Below are positions 55,400 to 63,917 of a stretch of DNA of 63,917 bases, piece by piece (the first letter of the stretch is position 1; every line of letters starts with the position of its first letter). Location of the stretch: the NCBI GenBank assembly GCA_049283735.1, contig JBAPWO010000138.1:1-63917 (forward strand). Reading direction: 5' to 3'. The DNA is from Candidatus Dormiibacterota bacterium. Lineage in GTDB: Bacteria; Chloroflexota; Dormibacteria; Aeolococcales; Aeolococcaceae. Below the pieces are notes generated by a model. That model was given only the letters and a program-made list of their open reading frames with translations. It was not told the DNA's origin and did not search any database. A program made the position numbers and the translations under genes.

Positions 55400-55983
55400 G
55401 CTCGGAGGGCAGGCTCATCGTGTTGACCGGGCCGAGCGGTGTCGGCAAGGACACCGTGCTGCGTGAGCTGTTCGACATCGATCCCGCCCTCGAGTACTGC
55501 GTCTCGTACACCACGCGCCCGCCTCGTCCCGGCGAGGTTGACGGCGTGTCCTACTTCTTCGTCGACGAGCCGGCGTTCCGGGCGATGATCGCTCGCGACG
55601 AATTCTTCGAATGGTCGACGGTCTACGGCGAGCTCAAGGGGCGGACCTACGAGACGGTGAACAAGGCCCTCGCCAGCGGCAAGGACACGGTGATCAAGAT
55701 CGACGTCCAGGGTGCGGAGAAAGTACGGTCGCGGATCGGGGACCGCGCGATCTACATCTATCTGCTGCCCCCGAGTGTCGAGGCCCTCGAGCAGCGTCTC
55801 GTCGAGCGCGCCACCGAGGACCCGGCAAGCCTCCAGGCCCGCCACGAGCGTGCGCTCGCCGAGCTTGCGCTCAAGGGCACGTACGATCATCAAGTGGTGA
55901 ACGATGACGCCAGGCGCGCGGCGCAGGAGATTGAAGCGATCATCCAGGGGGCGCGGTCGGCGGCCGGGGGCGGCCTCGAATGA
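55396..55983 (+). CDS. gmk: Guanylate kinase
   Basis: 195 aa, ATGA overlap. GPSGVGKDT, and the Y..TTR region. Confidence 0.9.
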   Translation: MSSEGRLIVLTGPSGVGKDTVLRELFDIDPALEYCVSYTTRPPRPGEVDGVSYFFVDEPAFRAMIARDEFFEWSTVYGELKGRTYETVNKALASGKDTVIKIDVQGAEKVRSRIGDRAIYIYLLPPSVEALEQRLVERATEDPASLQARHERALAELALKGTYDHQVVNDDARRAAQEIEAIIQGARSAAGGGLE

Positions 55984-56552
55984 CCCTCGTCGCCCTCGAT
56001 GCGCGTCGTGTCCTGGTCGGCGTCGGCGGCAGCGTGGCGGCGTTCAAGGCCTGTCAGGTGGTGACCGACCTCCGCCGCGATGGTGCCGACGTGAAGGTCG
56101 CGATGACCGAGGCAGCAACCCGTTTCGTGACCCCGACGTTGCTCCGCGCCCTGAGCGGCCACCGGGTCGCCTCCAGCATCTGGGACGACGATCCCGCCGA
56201 GGCCGGACATGGGATGACCCACCTGGACCTTGCATCCTGGTGCGAGGTCCAGCTGGTGGTCGCCGCCTCAGCGGATCTCATCGCCCGGCTGGCGCTCGGG
56301 CTTGCCGGCGACCCGGTGACCGCGACCGCGCTGGCGTGCCGCGCGCCGCTGCTCGTTGCACCCGCCATGGAGTCGGCGATGTGGGAGCACCCTGCGACCC
56401 AGGGCCATGTGGCCACGCTGATCGCACGCGGCGGCCGGATCATCGGACCCGTCTACGGACGGCTGGCGAGCGGCCACGAGAACACCGGCCGGATGGCCGA
56501 GCCCGATGCGATCGTGTCGGTGGTGAGGGAGCTCCTTGTCGCCGGGGCCTGA
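55980..56552 (+). CDS. coaC: Phosphopantothenoylcysteine decarboxylase (flavoprotein; CoaC half of CoaBC)
   Basis: 190 aa, ATGA overlap with gmk. GVGGSVAAFKA, and PAMESAMWEHPATQ. Confidence 0.8.
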   Translation: MTLVALDARRVLVGVGGSVAAFKACQVVTDLRRDGADVKVAMTEAATRFVTPTLLRALSGHRVASSIWDDDPAEAGHGMTHLDLASWCEVQLVVAASADLIARLALGLAGDPVTATALACRAPLLVAPAMESAMWEHPATQGHVATLIARGGRIIGPVYGRLASGHENTGRMAEPDAIVSVVRELLVAGA

Positions 56553-57207
56553 CCCCACCATCAACGGTCTGCGTTTCGTGGTCACCGCGGGTGGAACTCG
56601 TGAACCGATCGACCCGGTGCGCTTCATCGGCAATCGATCGAGCGGCAAGATGGGCAACGAGATCGCCGCCGCCGCGATCCGGCAGGGAGCGACGGTCACG
56701 CTGGTCACCGCCGCGATTCCGCCCGCCGCGGACGCCGGGCTCGAGGTCATCGCCGTGGAGACCGCCGGCGAGATGAACGCCGCGGTGCGAGCCGCGCTCG
56801 CCGGGGCGAGCGTGCTCGTCATGGCCGCTGCCGTGGCCGACTGGCGGCCGCGCGACGTGGCGCGCAACAAGCTCAAGAAGGGAGCCGACACGCTGACCAT
56901 CGAGCTGGTTCCGACCGTCGACATCCTCCGCGCGCTGCGCGACGACGGCGCGGCGGAGGGTGTCTTCGTGGTCGGTTTCGCGGCGGAGACCGAGAACGTC
57001 ATCGACAACGCCCGGACAAAGCTCGACACCAAGCAACTCGATCTCGTCGTCGTCAACGACGTCTCACGCGACGGCATCGGTATGGGCGCCGACGACAACG
57101 AGGTCACCATCATCGGCCGCGACGGCAGCGTGCGGACGATCGCGCGCGCACCCAAGTCGGTCGTCGCCGACGCGATCGTGCGCATCATCGCGAGCAGATT
57201 GCGATGA
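56536..57207 (+). CDS. coaB: Phosphopantothenate--cysteine ligase (CoaB half of CoaBC)
   Basis: 223 aa from TTG 56536, in a different frame and overlapping coaC by 17 nt. TAGGTREPIDPVRFIGNRSSGKMG. This could instead be the 3' part of a frameshifted fused coaBC (see findings). Confidence 0.75.
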   Translation: MSPGPDPTINGLRFVVTAGGTREPIDPVRFIGNRSSGKMGNEIAAAAIRQGATVTLVTAAIPPAADAGLEVIAVETAGEMNAAVRAALAGASVLVMAAAVADWRPRDVARNKLKKGADTLTIELVPTVDILRALRDDGAAEGVFVVGFAAETENVIDNARTKLDTKQLDLVVVNDVSRDGIGMGADDNEVTIIGRDGSVRTIARAPKSVVADAIVRIIASRLR

Positions 57208-59195
57208 CCTTCGCCTCGGTCGTTCCCGAGACGCGATCGCAGCTGCCACGGGACGCGTACACGTACTCGATTCCCGACGATCTGCTCGAGCTCGTCCTTC
57301 CGGGCGTGCGTGTCGAGATCCCGTTCGGCAAGCGGTCGATCCTCGGCTACGTCGTGGAGCGATCGGAGGAGACGGAGTTTGCGGAAGTCCGCGCCATCGA
57401 TCGGGTCATCGAGGAACCGCGACTGCTGCTCGATCATCACCTTGCGCTGGCGCGACAGATCGCCGAACGATACTGCGCTCCGCTCGGTGAGGTGCTCCGG
57501 GCCATGCTGCCCAAGGGCGTTCGCACGCGCCCGTCGCGCAGAGCGGGGCCGAGGTCAATCTCGCGCGCGGTTGCCGAAGCAGGCGCCTCCGGGCCACCGG
57601 AGCCGCCGCCGCCCCTCAACCACGCGCAGCGGGCCGCGGTCGCACCTCTGCTCGAGGCGATCGCCGCGCGCGCCCACCGGCGCATCCTGCTCCACGGCGT
57701 CACCGGGAGCGGGAAGACCGAGGTGTATCTCGCCGGGATCGACGCGGCACTCGGCGTGGGTCGCGGCGCGATCGTGCTGGTGCCCGAGATTGCCTTGACA
57801 CCGCAGATGATTCGTCGCTTCGCGGTGCGTTTCCCCGGGTTGATTGCGGTTGTCCACTCGGCGCTCACCGACGCCGAGCGCGCGGCCGAATGGCGGCGCA
57901 TCCGCAGCGGCGAGCACACAGTTGTCATCGGATCACGGAGTGCGGTCTTCGCCCCGGTTCCCGACCTCGGCATCGTTGTCGTCGACGAGGAGGATGCGCC
58001 CGCGTACAAGCAGGATCGCGTCCCCCGATACCACGCGGTCGACGTCGCATTGATGCTCGGGGCGCTCTGCAGCGCGCCGGTCGTCATGGGCAGCGCGACC
58101 CCACGCGTCGAGAGTTTCTACCGGGCGCACACCGGGGATCTCGAGCTCGCCACCCTCCCCGAGCGGGTGAGCGGCCGCCCGCTGCCGCCGATCGAGGTCG
58201 TCGATCTTCGCGACGAGTTGAAGGCGGGCAACACCAACGCGCTGTCGCTGACCCTCGACCGCGCGCTGCAGGAATGCCACGCCGACGGTGGTCAGTCGAT
58301 CCTGTTTCTCAACCGTCGTGGTACCTCGACGGTGGTCCTCTGCCGAACCTGCGGCGAAGCCGTGACGTGCGGCAACTGCAGCGTGTCCCTCGTGCACCAC
58401 GTCGACCGCGGGAGCTGTGACTGTCACTACTGTGGTCTGTCAATCCCGATGCCGAGCGCGTGTCCCGCATGCGGCTCGCGCACGATCCGCGCGCTCGGCA
58501 TGGGCACGGAGCGGCTCGAGCGCGAGGTGCGCGAACGCTTCCCGGCGCTGCGCCTGATTCGCATGGACCGCGACACCACGCGATCGCGGGATGCCTACTT
58601 CGACATCTACGACCGCTTCCGCCGGCATGAGGCCGATTGCCTGATCGGGACCCAGATGGTCGCCAAGGGGTGGGACCTCGGCAACGTGCGTCTCGTGGGC
58701 ATCGTCAACGCCGACACCTCGCTGCACTTCCCCGACTATCGAAGTGGCGAGTTGACGTTCTCGCTGCTCACCCAGGTGGCCGGGCGCGCGGGACGCGGTG
58801 ACGAGCCGGCGCGGGTGGTGCTTCAGACGTACAGCCCCGGTCATTACGCGGTCCGCCACGCGACCACCCATGACTACCTCGGATTCGCGCACGACGAGAT
58901 CCGCGTGCGCAAGGCGTTGCGATTTCCGCCATATGCGCGCCTCTGCGTCTGCACGTATGTGCACAAGGACGACCGCGAGGCTGAGGTCGAAGTTCGCCGG
59001 GAAGCTCAGCGAGTGTCTGATACACTCGGAATTGGCGCCGGGCTTGACGTCCTCGGTCCGACGCCGGCGTTCCTCCACCGCCTCCGAGGCGAATACCGCT
59101 GGCAGATCACGGTGCGAGGCACCGATATCGAGAGGGCATTTCCTCACCTTCCCAGGGCTCGGGGCTGGAGCATCGACGTCGACCCCGGGGCGTGA
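57204..59195 (+). CDS. priA: Primosomal protein N' (replication-restart helicase PriA)
   Basis: 663 aa. GVTGSGKTEVY, VVDEED, and the Cys-rich zinc fingers CRTCG...CGNC...CHYCG...CPACGS. Confidence 0.9.
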   Translation: MTFASVVPETRSQLPRDAYTYSIPDDLLELVLPGVRVEIPFGKRSILGYVVERSEETEFAEVRAIDRVIEEPRLLLDHHLALARQIAERYCAPLGEVLRAMLPKGVRTRPSRRAGPRSISRAVAEAGASGPPEPPPPLNHAQRAAVAPLLEAIAARAHRRILLHGVTGSGKTEVYLAGIDAALGVGRGAIVLVPEIALTPQMIRRFAVRFPGLIAVVHSALTDAERAAEWRRIRSGEHTVVIGSRSAVFAPVPDLGIVVVDEEDAPAYKQDRVPRYHAVDVALMLGALCSAPVVMGSATPRVESFYRAHTGDLELATLPERVSGRPLPPIEVVDLRDELKAGNTNALSLTLDRALQECHADGGQSILFLNRRGTSTVVLCRTCGEAVTCGNCSVSLVHHVDRGSCDCHYCGLSIPMPSACPACGSRTIRALGMGTERLEREVRERFPALRLIRMDRDTTRSRDAYFDIYDRFRRHEADCLIGTQMVAKGWDLGNVRLVGIVNADTSLHFPDYRSGELTFSLLTQVAGRAGRGDEPARVVLQTYSPGHYAVRHATTHDYLGFAHDEIRVRKALRFPPYARLCVCTYVHKDDREAEVEVRREAQRVSDTLGIGAGLDVLGPTPAFLHRLRGEYRWQITVRGTDIERAFPHLPRARGWSIDVDPGA

Positions 59196-59719
59196 ACGGA
59201 GAAATCAGCGTGGCAGTCCTTCCCATCATCCTCGTCTCGGACCACAAAGACGTGCTCACCACCAAGGCGATTCGCGTGCCGCGGGTGGACGACGAGATAC
59301 GCCGCCTGATGGACGACATGGTCGAGACGATGTTCGCCGCCAACGGGGTGGGTCTCGCCGCTCCCCAGGTGGGGGTATCGCTGCGGGTCATCGTGCTTCG
59401 CGTCGACAATCAGATCTACCAGCTCGCCAACCCGGAGATGGTGCGTAACGACGGCGATCAGACCGGCTTCGAGGGTTGCCTGTCGGTGCCGGGATGGGTG
59501 GGCGAGGTCACCCGCCGGATGCGGGTCGTCGCCAAGGGACTGAACCGCCATGGCAAGGAGGTCCGCGTCAAGGGCGACGGCCTGCTCGCCCGGGCGGTGC
59601 AGCACGAGCTGGATCACCTCGACGGCATCCTCTTCACGAGCAGGGTGAACGAGGGGACGCTCCGCGAGGTCGAACCCGCAGAGGAGGCTGAGGAGCCCGG
59701 CGTCGTCAGCGCTGTGTGA
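59192..59719 (+). CDS. def: Peptide deformylase
   Basis: 175 aa, GTGA overlap. GVGLAAPQVG, EGCLSVPG, QHELDHL. Confidence 0.9.
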   Translation: MNGEISVAVLPIILVSDHKDVLTTKAIRVPRVDDEIRRLMDDMVETMFAANGVGLAAPQVGVSLRVIVLRVDNQIYQLANPEMVRNDGDQTGFEGCLSVPGWVGEVTRRMRVVAKGLNRHGKEVRVKGDGLLARAVQHELDHLDGILFTSRVNEGTLREVEPAEEAEEPGVVSAV

Positions 59720-60636
59720 GGCTCGTCTTCTGTGGCACCGCCTCATTTGCGGTGCCCTCGCTCCGGGCAACCGCCGCGCGCCACGAGGTCGCGGCGGTGG
59801 TCACCAGGGCGGATCGGCCGGGAAGCAGGGGCCGGCCGGCGCCGCGCCCGGTCGGCGAGGCGGCGCGTGAGCTCGGCCTCGAGGTGCTGACCCCGGCGAG
59901 AATCGGCGCGCCCGACGTGGTGCGCGACCTGCTCGCGCTGGCACCGGAGTGCCTGGTGGTTGCCGCCTATGGCCAGATCCTGCCCACGGCGCTGATCGAC
60001 CCGCCGCCGCACGGCGCTGTCAACGTCCATGGGTCGCTGCTGCCGCGCTGGAGGGGCGCCTCGCCGATCGCGCACGCCATCCTCGCCGGCGATGAAGAGA
60101 CCGGCGTCTCGATCATGCGCATGGAAGCAGGTCTCGACACCGGGCCGGTGTACGCGACGGCTCGCGTGCGCATCGACGTCGGCGCGACGACGCCCACGCT
60201 CACCGCGATCCTCGCGGACCTGGGTGCCGCCCAGCTCATCGCTGTGCTCGACGCACTGCAGCGTGGGGACGCGATCGCGACGCCGCAACCGGACGAGGGC
60301 GTGACCCTTGCGCCGCGGCTCGGTCGCGCCGACGGGCGCGTGGACTGGTCGGCGAAAACGGCGGTCGAGGTCGAGCGGATGGTGCGGGCGCTGCAGCCAT
60401 GGCCCGGCGTGCTCGCGCCGCTGGACCGGGTCGACGTCCAGATCGAGGCCGGCGCGCTCGCGGACCTGGCCACCGGGGCGGCCCCCGGCAGCGTGGCCGG
60501 TCGCGAGGGTGAGTCGGTGGTGATCGCCACGCGCGAAGGCGGTTACCGTGTCGACCAGATCACGCCGCCCGGCAAGCGAACCATGACACCGGCGGCGTTC
60601 CTGCGCGGCCGGCATTCCAGCGAGGGGAGGCGCTGA
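59716..60636 (+). CDS. fmt: Methionyl-tRNA formyltransferase
   Basis: 306 aa, GTGA overlap. NVHGSLLPRWRGASPI. Confidence 0.9.
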   Translation: MRLVFCGTASFAVPSLRATAARHEVAAVVTRADRPGSRGRPAPRPVGEAARELGLEVLTPARIGAPDVVRDLLALAPECLVVAAYGQILPTALIDPPPHGAVNVHGSLLPRWRGASPIAHAILAGDEETGVSIMRMEAGLDTGPVYATARVRIDVGATTPTLTAILADLGAAQLIAVLDALQRGDAIATPQPDEGVTLAPRLGRADGRVDWSAKTAVEVERMVRALQPWPGVLAPLDRVDVQIEAGALADLATGAAPGSVAGREGESVVIATREGGYRVDQITPPGKRTMTPAAFLRGRHSSEGRR

Positions 60637-61100
60637 TGCCGCCGGCGCGGAAACCAGGCGACAACCTGCTCGCCAACAACCGCCGGGCGCGGTACGAGTA
60701 CAGCATCGTCGAGACCCTCGAGGCCGGCATCGAGCTGACCGGCACCGAGGTGAAATCGCTGCGAACCGGCCGGATCCAGCTGCGCGACGGCTACGTGCGG
60801 ATCGAGAACGGGCAGGCGTGGCTAATCCAGGTCAACATCGCCTCGTATCAGCAGGGCAACCGGAACAACCCCGAGCCAGAGCGCCGCCGCCGCCTCCTCC
60901 TGCACAAGCGCGAGATCGAGTATCTCGACGGACGGGTCCGGACCCAGGGGCTCACGATCATTCCGCTCAAGCTCTACCTCGTCCGCAACCGAGTCAAGGT
61001 CGAGATCGGCCTCGCGCGCGGCAAGAAGCTCTGGGACAAGCGCCAGGATGTCGCCAAACGTGATGCCGAACGGGACATGGAGCGCGCGATAAAACGCTGA
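60636..61100 (+). CDS. smpB: SsrA-binding protein
   Basis: 154 aa. The ATG shares 1 nt with the fmt stop. NRRARYEY, TGTEVKSLR, and the basic C-terminal tail. Confidence 0.9.
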   Translation: MPPARKPGDNLLANNRRARYEYSIVETLEAGIELTGTEVKSLRTGRIQLRDGYVRIENGQAWLIQVNIASYQQGNRNNPEPERRRRLLLHKREIEYLDGRVRTQGLTIIPLKLYLVRNRVKVEIGLARGKKLWDKRQDVAKRDAERDMERAIKR

Positions 61101-61109
61101 GCGCAGAGG

Positions 61110-62318
61110 TCAGCCGGCGGCGGCGTGTGGTGCGGCCCGGGACGCCGCGCTCGGACGGTTGGCCCTGATATCGGGGACAACCTGTGCGGCCAGCCCGTCG
61201 ATGCGCTGGCGCAGCTCGCGCAGGCCGGTCCCGCGGGTCGCGCTGACGGCCAGCGCCGACACCCCGGCGACGTCGCCGAGGCGCAGCCGTGCGGCGCGGA
61301 CCTCCGACGCTGTGAGGCGGTCGACCTTGCTCAGCGCGAGGATCATCGGCTGCTCGCAGTCCATCGATCGCAGAGTCTCGAGCACGGTGACCAGCTGCTG
61401 CTCCGCGTCCGGATGCGACGCGTCGACCACGAGGCAGAGCATGTGTGCCTGGCGGACCTCCTCGAGGGTCGCCGCGAAGGCCTCGACCAGCTCGGTCGGG
61501 AGCTTCTGGATGAACCCGACCGTGTCGGTGAGGATGACCAGTTTGCCGGACGGCAGCTCGAGGCGCCGGGAGGTGGGGTCGAGGGTCGCGAAGAGCAGGT
61601 CGTCGGCGAGCACCTGGCTGTGGGTGAGCACGTTGAGCAGGGTCGACTTGCCGGCGTTGGTGTACCCCACCAGGGCGCACGACGCGAGGGGAACATTGGT
61701 CCGCGCGGTGCGCCGCGTCCGGCGCTGCCGTTCGATCACCACGAGGCGTTCGCGCAGGCGCTTGAGCTGCTGGCGGATGAGGCGCCGGTCGACCTCGATC
61801 TGCTTCTCCCCAGGACCGCCTCGTAGCCCGACGCCGCCGCGCTGGCGCTCGAGGTGGGACCACCCGCCGGCCAACCGGGGCAGCAGGTGCTCGAGCTGCG
61901 CCATCTCGACCTGCACCCGGCCCTCGGCGGTGATGGCCCGGCGCGCGAAGATCGCGAGGATCACCTCGGTGCGGTCGAGCACCGGGACGCCCCATTCCTC
62001 CTGCAGGTTTCGCTGCTGGCGGGGGGTCAGCTGGTCGTTGCAGAGCACCGCCGGGCTGTCGAGCTCGGCGAGATGGGAGGCAAACGCCGCGACCACCCCG
62101 GAGCGAAAGAAGGTGGCGGGATGCGGCTCGCGCAGGGAGATCAGGCTGCGCTCCAGGACCTCGGTGCCGAGCGTGCGAGCCAGCTCCTCGAGCTCGTCGA
62201 GCTCGATGTCGCGCTGCTCGCGCTCATCCCGTCCGGCGGCGGTGCCGATCACGATCACCCGCTTCAGCTTCGCGCCGACCGCGGGGTCAGCTCCCGATGG
62301 CGCGTCGAAATGGGGCAA
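61110..62318 (-). CDS. hflX: GTPase HflX
   Basis: 402 aa, TTG start is uncertain. G1 GYTNAGKSTLLN, G3 DTVGF, G4 SKVD. HflX N-domain QVEMAQLEHLLPRL. Confidence 0.9.
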   Translation of the reverse strand: MPHFDAPSGADPAVGAKLKRVIVIGTAAGRDEREQRDIELDELEELARTLGTEVLERSLISLREPHPATFFRSGVVAAFASHLAELDSPAVLCNDQLTPRQQRNLQEEWGVPVLDRTEVILAIFARRAITAEGRVQVEMAQLEHLLPRLAGGWSHLERQRGGVGLRGGPGEKQIEVDRRLIRQQLKRLRERLVVIERQRRTRRTARTNVPLASCALVGYTNAGKSTLLNVLTHSQVLADDLLFATLDPTSRRLELPSGKLVILTDTVGFIQKLPTELVEAFAATLEEVRQAHMLCLVVDASHPDAEQQLVTVLETLRSMDCEQPMILALSKVDRLTASEVRAARLRLGDVAGVSALAVSATRGTGLRELRQRIDGLAAQVVPDIRANRPSAASRAAPHAAAG

Positions 62319-62409
62319 CTAGCGAGTCACCGGCCGGGACACCACCTGAGGCATCCGATCAGCCTACCAACGGGACCGGCTGTCTGCTGAGGAACGCGGC
62401 CGGCTCGGC

Positions 62410-63654
62410 TCACGCAGCTGGGGCAACCGCGGGGATCTTGAGCTGCATGACGGCGCTGCCGGCGAGGGTCAGCGCGGCCGCGAACACGATCGCAAAAGTC
62501 GTCGACACTCCGAGGACCGGCCCCGCCAGGGCGGATCCGATCGGCACGCCTGCGAAGTTGAGGCCGATCGAGACGGCGAAGGCGCGCCCGAACCACGCCC
62601 GCGCGGTCCGGCGCTGGCGGAGCGAGAAGGCGCTGACGCTGGACGCCGCGTCCGCGCCACCGGCGATCGCGATGCCGATCGCGATCACGGCGATGGAGGG
62701 CACGAGCAGCGCCAGCACGGCGAGACCCATGACGGCGCCGAAGAGGGCCATGGACTCGCGTTCCCGTCCCTCGGTCCGAATCCGCCCGGCCACGAGCGCC
62801 GCGGGCACTCCTGCCGCACCGGCAAGAGCCAGGATGAGACCGACCACCGCGGCATTGCTGTGCAGATTGAAGACGACGACCGGCAGCGCAACGATGACGA
62901 TGCCCCAGCCGACGTTGAGCGTCGAGAACGAGATGGCGATCCAGCGCAGCGTGCGGTTGGTCACGACGTAGCGGAAGCCGCGCCAGGCTTCGTGGAGGAT
63001 CCGGCCGGTCACCTCGCCGGCGTGCGCCGGCTCCGCGACCCCCTGCAGCGCCAGCGCGCCGGCCACGAAGCCGACGGCCGCCCCGGCGAGCGCCGCCTCA
63101 CTGCCGAGCAGCGCGATCAGCGCTCCGGCGAGACCCGGACCGGCGATGTTCGCAACCCCGTACAACACGCTGTCCGCGGCGTTGCCGCGGTCCCACAGGT
63201 CGCGGGGCACGATCAGCGGGAAGAACGAGCGGGCGCCCGCGAGGCTGAGCGTGCTGGTGACCGAGCCGCCGACCAGCAGCGCGTAGAGCCCCCAGACCGG
63301 CAGGCGATTGGCGGCGGCCAGGACGACGATGACCACGAGGCAGACCGCGGCCACGATGAAATCGAGCGTCATGAGGCGCTTGCGTCCATGCCGATCGAGC
63401 AGCGCTCCGGCGATCGGGCTGAGCATCAGTCCTGGAAAGATGAGGAGGAAGAGACTCAACCCGGCGACGCCCGGCGAGTGATATCGCTGCAGCGCAAAGA
63501 TCACCAGACCGACGGTCCACATCTGCGCCGCAGTGCGCGTCAGCAGCGAGCTGACCAGCAGCCGTCGGAATCCAGGAACGCGCAGCAGCCGGCGGTAGGT
63601 CGGGGGGCTCGCCGCGGCGCGGTGGGCCGCGCTCAGATCGACGTTTGACGGCAC
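62410..63654 (-). CDS. MFS transporter (12-TM)
   Basis: 414 aa, GTG start. Motif A GALLDRHGRKRLM. Hydrophobic throughout. Confidence 0.8.
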   Translation of the reverse strand: MPSNVDLSAAHRAAASPPTYRRLLRVPGFRRLLVSSLLTRTAAQMWTVGLVIFALQRYHSPGVAGLSLFLLIFPGLMLSPIAGALLDRHGRKRLMTLDFIVAAVCLVVIVVLAAANRLPVWGLYALLVGGSVTSTLSLAGARSFFPLIVPRDLWDRGNAADSVLYGVANIAGPGLAGALIALLGSEAALAGAAVGFVAGALALQGVAEPAHAGEVTGRILHEAWRGFRYVVTNRTLRWIAISFSTLNVGWGIVIVALPVVVFNLHSNAAVVGLILALAGAAGVPAALVAGRIRTEGRERESMALFGAVMGLAVLALLVPSIAVIAIGIAIAGGADAASSVSAFSLRQRRTARAWFGRAFAVSIGLNFAGVPIGSALAGPVLGVSTTFAIVFAAALTLAGSAVMQLKIPAVAPAA

Positions 63655-63813
63655 GGCAACGTCGATCGAGCCGCATGGGCGTGCGGAGACGTCAGAACGG
63701 AAACCACGTTGCAGACACTACCAACTCCCCGCCAAACGGTGCGGGCGTCGTGGCAGCGTCTCCGGCGTTGTATGCTTGATCGAGCACGCTGATCTCGGAC
63801 AGCTGCGTTCCAT

Positions 63814-63917
63814 GGGGGCGTACTGGTTTCGACGGGGTCGTGGGTCGTGCGAATGCGAGTCGAGCCCCGGGCTCGTAAAACCGGGAAAAATATACGTGCG
63901 AATAACGCACCCCTCGC
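63814..63917 (+). ncRNA. ssrA: tmRNA (SsrA), 5' portion; truncated by the window end
   Basis: GGGGGCGTACTGGTTTCGACGGGG matches the tmRNA 5' acceptor/T-arm-partner consensus (E. coli GGGGCUGAUUCUGGAUUCGACGGG). CTCGTAAAA...AAAAATA precedes a probable resume codon, GCG AAT AAC GCA CCC CTC GC (ANNAPL...). Confidence 0.85.

Noticed and set aside
1-63917. Dozens of long ORFs in alternative frames or antisense to the called genes, for example 213..1568(-), 869..2371(-), 8076..9281(-), 9124..10635(-), 11341..12552(-), 31156..32379(-), 33923..35383(-), 35344..36615(-), 37501..39147(-), 43778..45133(-), 48571..49644(-) and 50956..53217(-)
   Set aside because: Their translations are Arg/Pro/Gly/Ala-rich low-complexity strings with no recognisable motifs. 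Each fully overlaps a gene with strong family signatures. This is the typical stop-codon-poor shadow-frame effect in very GC-rich DNA.
1-63917. CRISPR arrays, IS elements, integrases, toxin-antitoxin pairs and prophage genes
   Set aside because: I looked through all intergenic gaps and all unassigned ORFs. I found no regularly spaced repeats, no transposase or recombinase motifs (DDE, or Tyr/Ser recombinase) and no small paired ORFs.

Overview
Very GC-rich, gene-dense bacterial chromosomal window. I call about 65 CDS plus two structured RNAs, all by eye from the ORF track and the sequence; no search, HMM or folding was run.

I saw no rRNA, tRNA, CRISPR array, transposase, integrase or prophage signature.

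Layout:
- (a) 1-24 kb looks accessory. It holds a 5'-truncated nuclease-helicase fusion coupled to a DinB/ClbS-like gene, and a visibly lower-GC YtrA(GntR)-ABC exporter cassette behind an AT-rich leader with a perfect palindrome. It also holds hydrolases, two MFS pumps, an orphan receiver and a PadR-DrrAB-type exporter operon. Further genes are a DinB-TlpA-(Grx::TrxR fusion) redox operon, an NrtR-like Nudix regulator, a DUF1003-like membrane protein, a two-HKD PLD protein, and LonA with a large low-complexity insertion.
- (b) 24-29 kb: trpD, a COG1579 zinc-ribbon gene, rnhA, DUF1028, RNase P RNA (minus strand) and pepE.
- (c) 29.1-49.7 kb: a division/cell-wall (dcw) cluster with a recognisable promoter and three GTGG-type MraZ operator repeats.
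- (d) 49.8-63.9 kb: nrdR and yggS, then a 10-gene chain of overlapping genes (ileS-lspA-rluD-gmk-coaC-coaB-priA-def-fmt-smpB), hflX, an MFS gene and the 5' part of tmRNA at the window edge.

I found no convincing defence or mobile system.

The most unusual signal is the peptidoglycan-precursor part of the dcw cluster:
- no murE and no murF between ftsI and mraY
- an Mpl-like ligase in the murC slot
- a Ddl with a Gly/Lys-rich insertion
- an alpha/beta hydrolase coupled to a MurF-type ligase whose N-terminal substrate-binding domain is replaced by about five transmembrane helices
- metF plus a dehydrogenase inserted between ftsQ and ftsA

Many start codons are GTG/TTG and several are uncertain. 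The many long Arg/Pro/Gly-rich ORFs in other frames or on the opposite strand are treated as GC-rich shadow ORFs.
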